From the NCBI GenBank assembly GCA_013265495.1, contig MU057880.1:1518527-1582526 (forward strand): a stretch of 64,000 bases of DNA, written 5' to 3'. The stretch is from Vicugna vicugna. Lineage: Eukaryota. Positions 51,421-60,595 of the stretch are shown here, one piece after another. Numbering within the stretch: the first letter of the stretch is position 1; each line of letters opens with the position of its first letter. The notes under the pieces are model-generated. The model worked only from the letters and a program-made list of their open reading frames with translations, made no database searches and had not been told where the DNA came from. A program made the position numbers and the translations under genes.

Positions 51421-51538
51421 GCATCCTCAGGGAGGAAGCATCCTTAGGTGGCAGCATCCCCAGTGGGGGAGAATCCTCAAGTAGGAGCATCCTTGCGGGG
51501 GAGCATCCTCAGTGGGGGGAGTATCCTCACTGGGGAGC
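51421..51538 (+). repeat. Degenerate 16-18-bp minisatellite (GCATCCTCAGTGGGGGA), 7 copies
   Basis: Units start at 51421, 51438, 51454, 51471, 51487, 51503 and 51521. Confidence 0.9.
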
Positions 51539-52185
51539 TAGGGGAAAGCAGGCTATAAACACTCTCCTAGACACAAAGACAAAGAACAAGTAAATTCTAA
51601 AGGAACTGATGCTCTTTTTGCTTAATTAGTTTTAAAATCTGAAGCTCTTATAAGTAGCTATGTGATAAAAGTAAAGACAGTAAAGGAACTCGGTGGGAAC
51701 TTGGATGCGGTACAGCATTAGCCACTATGAATCTGATGAACTTTTCACTTGTGACCTTTGAAAGTATGATGACTATAAAACATGGGGGAAAATTTCTGTA
51801 GAAAACATTTTTAGGATTTTAAAATGTATAAAGATGGCCATTATTAAGTAACGATTTGAAGCCATATTAAATTTTTCATGATTGAGAATTTCTAATGAAT
51901 GATATTACAGTGAAATTGACATACATCCAGTTATTTTTTAAAATAGATAAAATGCATACTTCTGAACATTTTTTTGAAATTATATTTTAAAGATACTCTG
52001 CTATAATGAGGAGCTCTAGAGAAATCATTTTTAAGGTACTTGTATACCAGCAGAGAATGAAAAATCTCTTACACAATTTAGAGCAAAAGGTCAATGATTT
52101 AGAGAGGGACAAAGATAACACAAGCTGGAAACAATGAAATATCATTGTCAAAGTGCTAAAAGGAAAATCTTTCAACCCCCCCAAA

Positions 52186-52272
52186 ATTTTTTACTGGAGA
52201 TACTACTGTGGATTGAAACCAGGACTTCATGCATTCTAAGCAGGCACTCTACCACTGAGCTACACTCTCAGC
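52186..52272 (-). mobile_element. tRNA-derived camelid SINE (Vic-1-like), older copy
   Basis: Reverse complement GTGTAGCTCAGTGGTAGAGTGCCTGCTTAGAATGCATGAAGTCCTGGTTTCAATCC. Imperfect TSD TTCAACC..AAAATT / TTCAGCCTAAAATT. Confidence 0.85.
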
Positions 52273-52405
52273 CTTCAGCCTAAAATTCTACACTCAGCAA
52301 AAATGTATGTGAAAAAAAAGGGCAAAACATAGTTTTTCAAACAAACAAAAGTGGAGAGAATTTGTCCCCAGCCAACTTGCACTACAGAAAGTACGTAACG
52401 GAGTC

Positions 52406-52885
52406 CTCTATAGTGGCTACACCAAACTGCATTCCTACAAGCAGTGTAGGAGGGTTCCCTTTTCTCCACACCCTTTCCAGCATTTATTATTTGTAGACTT
52501 TTTGGGGATGGGCAAAGTAAGTCAGACAGAGAAAGACAAATATCATGGTATCACTTATACGTGGAATCTACAAAATAGTTACAAAACAGAAAGAGACTCA
52601 CAGACATAGAGAACAAACTCATGGTTATCAAAGGGCAAGAGGCAGGGGGTAAATTGGGAGTCTGGGATTAACAGGTACACATACTGTATATAAAGGAGAT
52701 AAACAACAAGGACTGACTGTGCAGCACAGGGAAATGCATTCAACATCTTGTAATAAACTATAATGAAAAAGAAACTAATGCAGATGTATGCGCACATATG
52801 TGTGCAGCCCAATCACTGTGCTTTACACCTGAAACTAACAAAATATTGTGCATCAACTCTGCTTCATTTAAAACCTAAATTAAAT
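52406..52885 (+). mobile_element. Short L1 with 5' inversion (52406-52513 minus; 52514-52885 plus)
   Basis: Inverted ORF2 CCHC-region piece joined to a plus-strand ORF2 end and 3'UTR. Degenerate TSD AAGTA..GAGTCC at 52389-52406 and 52886-52905. Confidence 0.85.
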
Positions 52886-54799
52886 AAGTAGGCAAAATAG
52901 AGTCCGTCAGGTGGAAGGACAGTGGTACCAGATGGAAACTTGGATTTTCTGAAATTAATAGCATAGGGAATGATAAATACATGATTGAATATAATGCGTC
53001 AACTTTTTTTTTAATTTCTAAGAAAGATAAATGACTCTTTGAAACAAAAACAATAGAAAGCATACTGTGGAGCTTGCACCATATGTATAACATACAAAAT
53101 AAATCCTGTTTATGAAAACAAAAGCAAAAAGGATGGGGTGCAATTATATGGTTGTTAAGATTTTTTTTTTTTACATTTTACCTGAAGTGAGGTAACATTA
53201 ATTGAAGGCAGAGCATGATAAGTTAAGAATGGCCATTAAAAATTAAATAAAATTTATTTCTGTAAGAGAATAAAGAAAATAGAATAATAAACAGTAAGTC
53301 TAGAAAAGGGAAGGTAGCAGAGGTTTAAGTACAAAGCAAATGATGAAGCAGTAGATTTTAACTCAACCATATTCTTAATTAAATTAAAAGAAGTGCTATA
53401 AAGACTCTAATTAAAAGGAAGTGATTATCCCACTGAATAAAATAGATAGACCCAATTGTATGACCTACAAAACTGCATTTCAAATGTCAAGACAAAGATG
53501 GGGTTTTATAATAAAACTAAAATAGAAATATGCATTCATGTATAATATACCACTGATAATGAAGACACAGGCATAACTATATTAACATCAGAGAAAGTAA
53601 ACTTTAGGACAAGGAATTATACTTGAAAAAAATTACAAAATGATAAAATGGGAAAGTAATTAAGACGATATTACAACCCGGAATGTGCGTGCCTGTACTA
53701 ACAAAACATCAAAATGCGGGAAACAACAGCCAACTGAACTGAAAAGCAAAATAGAAAAATCCACAATTATATGTGGACATTATAACACTTCCCTCTCAGT
53801 GATTTGATAAAGAAGACTTGAAAGAGTGTTAAGCAATGCAAGTTAGTTGACATTTGTGAACTTTTTATTCAGCAACAGCAGAATAAACATTCTTCCCAAA
53901 AGTGTATGAACAACTCATCAAAATAGATTCTGGAGTATAAGGCATATCTTAATAAATTAAAAGGACTGAAACTACAAAGATTGTATTTTGCATGTAACAA
54001 TTACATTTTAAATTGACAGCAGAAAATTACCAAATATTTGTCCATTAATCAAAACACTTCTGTATAAATATGAGTCAAGGGCAACTTACCAAGGTATTAA
54101 AATATTCTGATTGGAATAAAAATAAAAACAAGTATGTCAAAATTTGTGAGATACAGATAATACAATGTTTAGAAGGAAATTTAAGGCTTTAAATAATTAT
54201 ATTAGAAAAAAGAAACATCTAAAATGCTTTATATTAACACTTAATGAAATGAGGGGAAAAAAGAAACCTTAAATGCAAGGTTACTAGAACAAAGTAAATA
54301 ATAAGAAAAATCAAAAAAATCAAAGGATTTTTCCAAAGGTCAGAAATGAATAAACTTCTAGCTAGACTGATAGAAAACAAAAGAATGAACACACAAATGA
54401 CCAAAGTCAGAAGTGAAAGAGAAAGCTCCCAAGTTTACAGATATTAAGACAATAAGGTAATATTTTGAAGAATTTTGTGACAATAAATTTGACAATTACA
54501 TAAAATTAAAAAATCATTAGGAAGACACAAATGACCAGAAATGCTTAATCTCTAAATACCAGGTAATTAATATATTCTGTATTATACTGCATAATGAGGA
54601 AACGGTGAAAAGTTAAGATCTTTTTTGGCATTGATACCTACGGTTAATTACCATACCTCTGAGTTAATATTTTAGGACCGTATTTACTAACTCTCTAGGA
54701 AGAACTATGATAGGGATACTATTGTGTACACAGCTGGCGCTTAACACCGTTATTTATTGGATAACATAGATCACGGCTTTAAGGGACGCCATACACAGC

Positions 54800-55440
54800 C
54801 AGGAGAACGATGGCGCTGAGAAGACTGCACACCGCGTGCTGGGGAGGCCAGGGCGCAGGCACAGCTCCCACGCGCTGGTGATGGCAGGTGCAGGTTACAA
54901 CCCCCGTGGGAAAGTCCAGCCATTCCACTCCCAGGTATTTACGCACGTTAAATGACAGCACACGTTTGCACGTCATGTTCCAGCCCAGAGTTGGACACCA
55001 GCAGGTGAATAGAGTAACTTTTATTCCTATTAGCCCCCAAATGGAAACAAGCCAAATATCCATCCATCACGAATGGATAAACAAACGATACTACGTGTAA
55101 CGCAACGCCGCTCTTTAGTGAAACGAGGTAAACCGCTGACGCACACAACAATGTGCACGAATCTCAAAAACGGGCTGCGACGCAGGAGGCTGACACACAG
55201 CAGGATATAGTATGTGATTTCGTTTACACGAAATTCTTCAACACGTAAAACTAACCAACAGTAACGGGAAGGTCACGCTTACCTGGGGCCAGACTGGTGG
55301 GGTGGGGACTTGACCGCTGAAGGGCGCACGGAAGGTGGGCAGTATCTGGATTGTAGTGTTTCCAGGGTCAAAACCCGTCCATCTCTACGCTTAAAATGCA
55401 TGCATCTAATTGTGCATAAAGATTTCCTTAATGGAACGGA
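54800..55440 (+). mobile_element. Ancient L1 (L1MD/ME-type) 3' end, unusually CpG-rich
   Basis: CCAGCCATTCCACTCCCAGGTATTTAC, TAGCCCCCAAATGGAAACAAGCCAAAT, GAATGGATAAACAAA, GAATCTCAAAAAC, GCTTAAAATGCATGCATCTAATTGT. Confidence 0.8.
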
Positions 55441-55682
55441 GTAAACAAATTTAAAAAAGAAAAAACAAAACAAAACACATTCTTGGAAGATTTTGCTCAG
55501 TATTCAAATGTTTCACTATAACAAAAAATAAGTTATAAGCTTTAATCATTAAGAATATGAAATCTACATTCTAGAAACAAAATCACCAAACCTAAATCTC
55601 TGAATTTATGCTCTATTTAGATGCAAGGATCGGTATCCTTGACTTTGCCATAATCAAACGCCATACAGAAAATTGAAATTTT

Positions 55683-55785
55683 TTTTCATTCTTTCTTTTT
55701 TTAAAAGTGCCTACCTTATTTTTATTTTTATTTTTGCAGGGGAGGTAATTACGTTTGCTTGCTTGTTTGTTTGTTTATATAATTT
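55683..55785 (-). mobile_element. 3' half and tail of the Vic-1-like SINE split by the young L1
   Basis: Minus strand AAACAAAC..CGTAATTACCTCCCC + A-rich tail (compare the intact copy at 30940-30960). SINE TSD CAGAAAA(T/C)TGAAATTTT at 55666-55682. Confidence 0.88.
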
Positions 55786-58301
55786 TTTTCAGGTTTCCTT
55801 TTATGTTCTTTATTTTTTTAACATTTTTTATTGATTCATAATCATTTTACAGTGTTGTGTCAAATTCCAGTGTTCAGCACAATTTTTCAGTCATTCATGG
55901 ACATATACACACTCATTGTCACATTTTTTTCTCTGTGATTTATCATAACATTTTGTGTATATTTCCCTGTGCTATACAGTGTAATCTTGTTTATCTATTC
56001 TACAATTTTGAAATCCCAGTCTATCCCTTCCCACCCTCTACCCCCCTGGTAACCACAAGTCTGTATTCTCTGTCCATGAGTCTATTTCTGTCCTGTATTT
56101 ATGCTTTGTTTTTGTTTGTTTGTTTGTTTTTGTTTTTTAGATTCCACATATGAGCGATCTCATATGGTATTTTTCTTTCTCTTTCTGGCTTACTTCACTT
56201 AGAATGACATTCTCTAGGAGCATCCATGTTGCTGCAAATGGCATTATGTTGTCGGTTTTTATGGCTGAGTAGTATTCCATTGTATAAATATACCACATCT
56301 TCTTTATCCAGTCACCTGTTGATGGACATTTAGGTTGTTTCCATGTTTTGGCTATTGTAAATAGTGCTGCTATGAACATTGGGGTGCAGGTGTCATCCTG
56401 AAGTAGATTTCCTTCTGGGTACAAGCCCAGGAGTGGGATTCCTGGGTCATATGGTAAGTCTATTCCTAGTCTTTTGAGGAATCTCCACACTGTTTTCCAT
56501 AGTGGCTGCACCAAACTGCATTCCCACCAGCAGTGTAGGAGGGTTCCCCTTTCTCCACAGCCTCTCCAGCATTTGTCATTTTTGGATTTTTGAATGACGG
56601 CCATTCTGACTGGTGTGAGGTGATACCTCATTGTAGTTTTGATTTGCATTTCTCTGATAATTAGTGATATTGAACATTTTTTCATGTGCTTTTTGATCAT
56701 TTGTATGTCTTCCTTGGAGAATTGCTTGTTTAGGTCTTCTGCCCATTTTTGGATTGGGTTGTTTATTTTTTTCTTATTGAGTCGTATGAGCTGCTTATAT
56801 ATTTTGGAGATCAAGCCTTTGTCGGTTTCACTTGCAAAAATTTTCTCCCATTCCGTAGGTTTTCTTCTTGTTTTATTTCTGGTTTCCTTTGCTCTGCAGA
56901 AGCTTGTAAGTTTCATTAGGTCCCATTTGTTTATTCTTGCTTTTATTTCTTCTAGGAGAAAATTTTTGAAATGTATGTCAGATAATGTTTTGCCTATGTT
57001 TTCCTCTAGGAGGTTTATTGTATCTTGTCTTATGTTTAAGTCTTTAATCCATTTTGAGTTGATTTTTGTATATGGTGTAAGGGTGTGTTCTAGCTTCATT
57101 GTTTTACATGCTGCTGTCCAGTTTTCCCAACACCATTTGCTGAAGAGACTGTCTTTATTCCATTGTATATTCTTGCCTCCTTTGTCGAAGATGAGTTGAC
57201 CAAAAGTTTGTGGGTTCATTTCTGGGCTCTCTATTCTGTTCCATTGGTCTATATGTCTGTTTTGGTACCAATACCATGCTGTCTTGATGACTGTAGCTCT
57301 ATAGTATTGTCTGAAGTCTGGGAGAGTTATTCCTCCAGCCTCTTTCTTTCTCTTCAGTAATGCTTTAGCAATTCTAGGTCTTTGATGGTTCCATATAAAT
57401 TTTATTATGATTTGTTCTAGTTCTGTGAAATATGTCCTGGGTAATTGGATAGGGATTGCATTAAATCTGTAGATTGCCTTGGGCAGTGTGACCATTTTAA
57501 CAATATTGATTCTTCCAATCCAGGAGCATGGAATATCTTTCCATTTTTTAAAGTCTTCTTTAATTTCCTTCATCAATGGTTTATAGTTTTCTGTGTATAA
57601 TTCTTTCACCTCCTTGGTTAGATTTATTCCCAGATATTTTATTACTTTGGGTGCTATTTTAAAGGGGATTGTTTCTTTACTTTCTTTTTCTGTTGATTTA
57701 TCGTTAGTGTAAAGAAAGGCAACTGATTTTTGAACATTAATTTTGTAACCTGCTACCTTGCTGAATTCTTCGATCAGCTCTAGTAGCTTTTTTGTGGACC
57801 TTTTAGGGTTTTCTATATATAGTAACATGTCATCAGCATATAATGACACTTTTACCTCTTCTTTTCCAATTTGGATCCCTTTTATTTCTTTCTCTTGCCT
57901 GACTGCTGTGGCTAGGACTTCCAGGACTATGTTGAATAGGAGTGGTGATAGTGGGCATCCTTGTCTTGTCCCAGATTTTAGTGGGAAGCTTTTGAGTTTT
58001 TCACCGTTGAGTACTATGCTGGCTGTAGGTTTGTCATATATAGCTTTTATTATGTTGAGATGTGTTCCTTCTATACCCACTTTGGCGAGAGTTTTTATCA
58101 TAAATGGGTGTTGAATTTTATCAAATGCTTTTTCTGCATCGATTGAGATGATCATGTGGTTTTTGTCCTTTCTCTTGTTGATGTGATGTGTTACATTGAT
58201 TGATTTGCGTATGTTGAACCAGCATTGTGTCCCTGGGATGAACCCCACTTGGTCATGATGTATAATCTTTTTTATGTGTTGTTGGATTCTATTTGCTAAA
58301 A
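55786..58301 (-). mobile_element. Young 5'-truncated LINE-1 (~2.5 kb)
   Basis: Uninterrupted ORF2, 3'UTR and AATAAA at 55827-55832 (minus). TSD core TATATAATTT at 55776-55785 and 58302-58311. Confidence 0.97.
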
Positions 58302-58356
58302 TATATAATTTATTTTTAATGGAGGTACTGGGGATTGAACCTAGGACCTCCTGCAT
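56137..58356 (-). CDS. L1 ORF2p fragment (RT lacking its N-terminal part, plus C-terminal CCHC; no endonuclease) fused in frame to a SINE-derived ATG; 739 aa from ATG; expression unproven
   Basis: Motifs [31 protein letters not shown] and [18 protein letters not shown]. The N-terminal [18 protein letters not shown] is encoded by the SINE. Native stop TAA at 56137-56139. Confidence 0.6.
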   Translation of the reverse strand: MQEVLGSIPSTSIKNKLYILANRIQQHIKKIIHHDQVGFIPGTQCWFNIRKSINVTHHINKRKDKNHMIISIDAEKAFDKIQHPFMIKTLAKVGIEGTHLNIIKAIYDKPTASIVLNGEKLKSFPLKSGTRQGCPLSPLLFNIVLEVLATAVRQEKEIKGIQIGKEEVKVSLYADDMLLYIENPKRSTKKLLELIEEFSKVAGYKINVQKSVAFLYTNDKSTEKESKETIPFKIAPKVIKYLGINLTKEVKELYTENYKPLMKEIKEDFKKWKDIPCSWIGRINIVKMVTLPKAIYRFNAIPIQLPRTYFTELEQIIIKFIWNHQRPRIAKALLKRKKEAGGITLPDFRQYYRATVIKTAWYWYQNRHIDQWNRIESPEMNPQTFGQLIFDKGGKNIQWNKDSLFSKWCWENWTAACKTMKLEHTLTPYTKINSKWIKDLNIRQDTINLLEENIGKTLSDIHFKNFLLEEIKARINKWDLMKLTSFCRAKETRNKTRRKPTEWEKIFASETDKGLISKIYKQLIRLNKKKINNPIQKWAEDLNKQFSKEDIQMIKKHMKKCSISLIIREMQIKTTMRYHLTPVRMAVIQKSKNDKCWRGCGERGTLLHCWWECSLVQPLWKTVWRFLKRLGIDLPYDPGIPLLGLYPEGNLLQDDTCTPMFIAALFTIAKTWKQPKCPSTGDWIKKMWYIYTMEYYSAIKTDNIMPFAATWMLLENVILSEVSQKEKEKYHMRSLICGI

Positions 58357-58395
58357 GCTAAGCACGCACTCTACTGCTGAGCTATGCCCGCCCCC
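58302..58395 (-). mobile_element. 5' half (tRNA-like head) of the split Vic-1-like SINE
   Basis: Minus GGGGGCGGGCATAGCTCAGCAGTAGAG...GGTTCAATCCCCAGTACCTCCATT. TSD at 58396-58412 followed by AA (TTTT/AA endonuclease site). Confidence 0.93.
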
Positions 58396-58778
58396 CAGAA
58401 AACTGAAATTTTAATAAACATGACTTTCTCTTCTGCCCAAAAAGAAGCAAGGGGGAAAAAAAAAAGGAAAAGAAGAGATAAAATGAGTGCAAAAAATAAA
58501 TAAAGTCATGTTGTATGTTTAAAATATCTACCAAAGATATTGTATGACTCAAATATACTGAATTGGGGAAGATAAGACAAGAGCTCATTTGCTGAGTCTG
58601 TGGCCTGAAGTAAAATACTGATTTTCAAATTGCATGATGTTACCTGGGGCCCATATCGAAAATGGCTGGAGTCGTCTCCAAAGATAGAACGGCTTGCTCC
58701 GAGGAAGAAGAAGTCACACGCAGCATGTTTATTTAGCCTTATGGGGAAATGTGGAGCCGATTTCTCGGAGTGGCTTGA

Positions 58779-58779
58779 G

Positions 58780-58814
<35 letters not shown>

Positions 58815-58815
58815 G
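58779..58815 (+). repeat. (CG)/(CA)n alternating purine-pyrimidine microsatellite
   Basis: GCACGCGCG(CA)~12CG. Confidence 0.95.
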
Positions 58816-59011
58816 ATGTGGAGCTGGAGGTGATCCGTGGAGATTTGAGTATATATATGGAAACTTCTACTTACATCTTTTAATCTAACATTTTCAATTA
58901 AGCATTTTTAATAATATGTCGACCGTGAATTTTTGCTTTTTTCCCAAATATGATTGGTTTTATGTGGGTCACAATGGTAACTACCACTTCCAGAAGGATT
59001 GTACCTTCCTG

Positions 59012-59222
59012 TTTTCTTTTTTTTTTTAATTGAAAAAATAAAATATAGTTGATTTACAATGTTCAGTGTCAGTTTCTGGTGTACAGCACAGTGATTCAGT
59101 TATACGTATATATTCCTTTTCAGATTCTTTTTCATTATAGGACATTACAGGATACTGAATATAGTTCCCTGTGCTGTACAGTAGGACCTTGATATTTATC
59201 TATTTTATATCTAGTAGTTAAT
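59012..59222 (-). mobile_element. Short L1 3'UTR insertion
   Basis: Poly-T, ATAGTTGATTTACAATGTT...ATAGTTCCCTGTGCTGTACAGTAGGACCTTG. Confidence 0.88.
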
Positions 59223-60490
59223 ACCTGCATTCTTCTTACCAGCCTAAGCTCCTGCAAGCACTTACCCTTCACTGTGAGGACACAGTCAATGATTCTGCCA
59301 TTGCATTACAAGGGGGTCTGGTTTTACAGCCAAGGGGGGAAGGGAAATTTTTCAAATGCAATGATTGTCCTTATTGCAGAACTTCCTCAAAAGCCAAACA
59401 CAGCTCTTTGAACCAGGATGCAATGCACACACACACACACACAAAAGGAGGTGATTTTTTTGGTGGATTTCTAAATTCTTCCCTGGCGCTTAGCTGGGGA
59501 TGTCTATCTTTTCATCTTTGGCGAACAAGGAATGGCCTGTCCAAGAACTTACTGCACAAGAAAACAAGAAGAATTAACTCATTTTAAGGAATTACAAACT
59601 TTTTTCAAAAAATAAGGCAAGTGCAAAAAAATGTATTCTTAAAGTGGCAGTGAATTATTAGGTTATAATCTGTACAAATCTGTGCAAAATTCCAGTCGCT
59701 ACCTTTGTTTACCTTGAATTGCAATTAGTGTTCTTAAGTGCATCAGCATCCTGACTTTGGAGTTTCTAGAAGGAAATCATTTAGTAGAATCTGAAAACCA
59801 CATTTTTGCCTTCCATAGCTGTTTACTTAAATGCACACTGCATTCTTCAGAAGCAGTTTTCTCTCACTGCCTGTATTTGCATAAAGTTTGTTGCCGGAAA
59901 GGTTATTTAACAGCCATGAAATTTGAAGTTTGGAGTGTATGCTTCTTAATCAAGGCGGTGGTTACTGCATGGAATCATCTGGTTATTCAGAAAAGTCTAA
60001 TTTGGTGTATGATTTTCTAGAACTTTTTCCCAATAAGCTACTTTCCCCAAAATGAAGAACGTAGCTCCTGAAATAACACTACTTTTAATTTTGGGTGTGT
60101 AAGTGTGCTTAGACCATTGCTTATTTGAACTGATGATAGTTACATAATCAGACTACGATTTTCTGTAGAAGGCTGCTGTCATCTTTTCAAGCAGAGGAAG
60201 TAAGATATTTGGAACTGTGAATCAACGACATTTTATTCTTGGCTCTTCATTTACTGTTTGGAAATTCTTAGATATATACAAAGTTTCCTTTTCCATCTGT
60301 AATCCAAAATGCTAATAGAGCAATAATAGTGTTCATCAAAGGTGAAAGAGATTTCACTTACATTATTTTGATTCTCTGAAAATGAAAACACTATTCAGAG
60401 CTTTAAATACACCCCTGTGATTTCTAATCTATCTCTTCTTACATATCTAGAGAATTGAACTGTTGTTTCGTTTTTAAATATTTTCATTTC

Positions 60491-60595
60491 TTTTTTTTTC
60501 TATTGAAGTACAGTCAGTTACAATGTGTCGACTTCTGGTGTGCAGCACAATGTCCCAGTCATGCATGTACATAAACATATATTCGTTTTTCATTT
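60491..60595 (-). mobile_element. ~100-bp L1 3'-terminal insertion
   Basis: Poly-T then TATTGAAGTACAGTCAGTTACAATGTG...CACAATGTCCCAGTCATG. Confidence 0.8.

Larger units (their letters stand above)
51990..54550 (+). mobile_element. Ancient L1 (ORF1 C-terminus, inter-ORF, ORF2 EN), hosting a SINE and a younger L1
   Basis: ACAATGAAATATCATTGTCAAAGTGCTAAAAGG (ORF1); AACTATATTAACATCAGAGAAAGTAAACTTTAGGACAAGG and AAAATTTGTGAGATACAG (ORF2). Confidence 0.8.

Noticed and set aside
51421..51538. CRISPR-like array
   Set aside because: Eukaryotic context, contiguous degenerate units with no unique spacers, and no cas genes.
57820..57850. YADD instead of the human FADD RT motif as a novelty
   Set aside because: Y/FADD are both standard for non-LTR reverse transcriptases.
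56639..58114. Plus-strand ORFs of 186, 65 and 118 aa
   Set aside because: These are antisense shadows of L1 ORF2, as are 22246-22916 and similar ORFs.
58290..58395. Pol III (SINE promoter)-driven expression of the fused RT ORF
   Set aside because: A T4 terminator lies right at the junction on the minus strand (58298-58301), the A-box is mutated (TAGCTCAGCAG), and Pol III RNAs are uncapped.
55666..58412. SINE-L1 template-switch chimera inserted as one event
   Set aside because: The SINE 3' half lies beyond the L1 tail and there are two separate TSD pairs, so these are sequential nested insertions.
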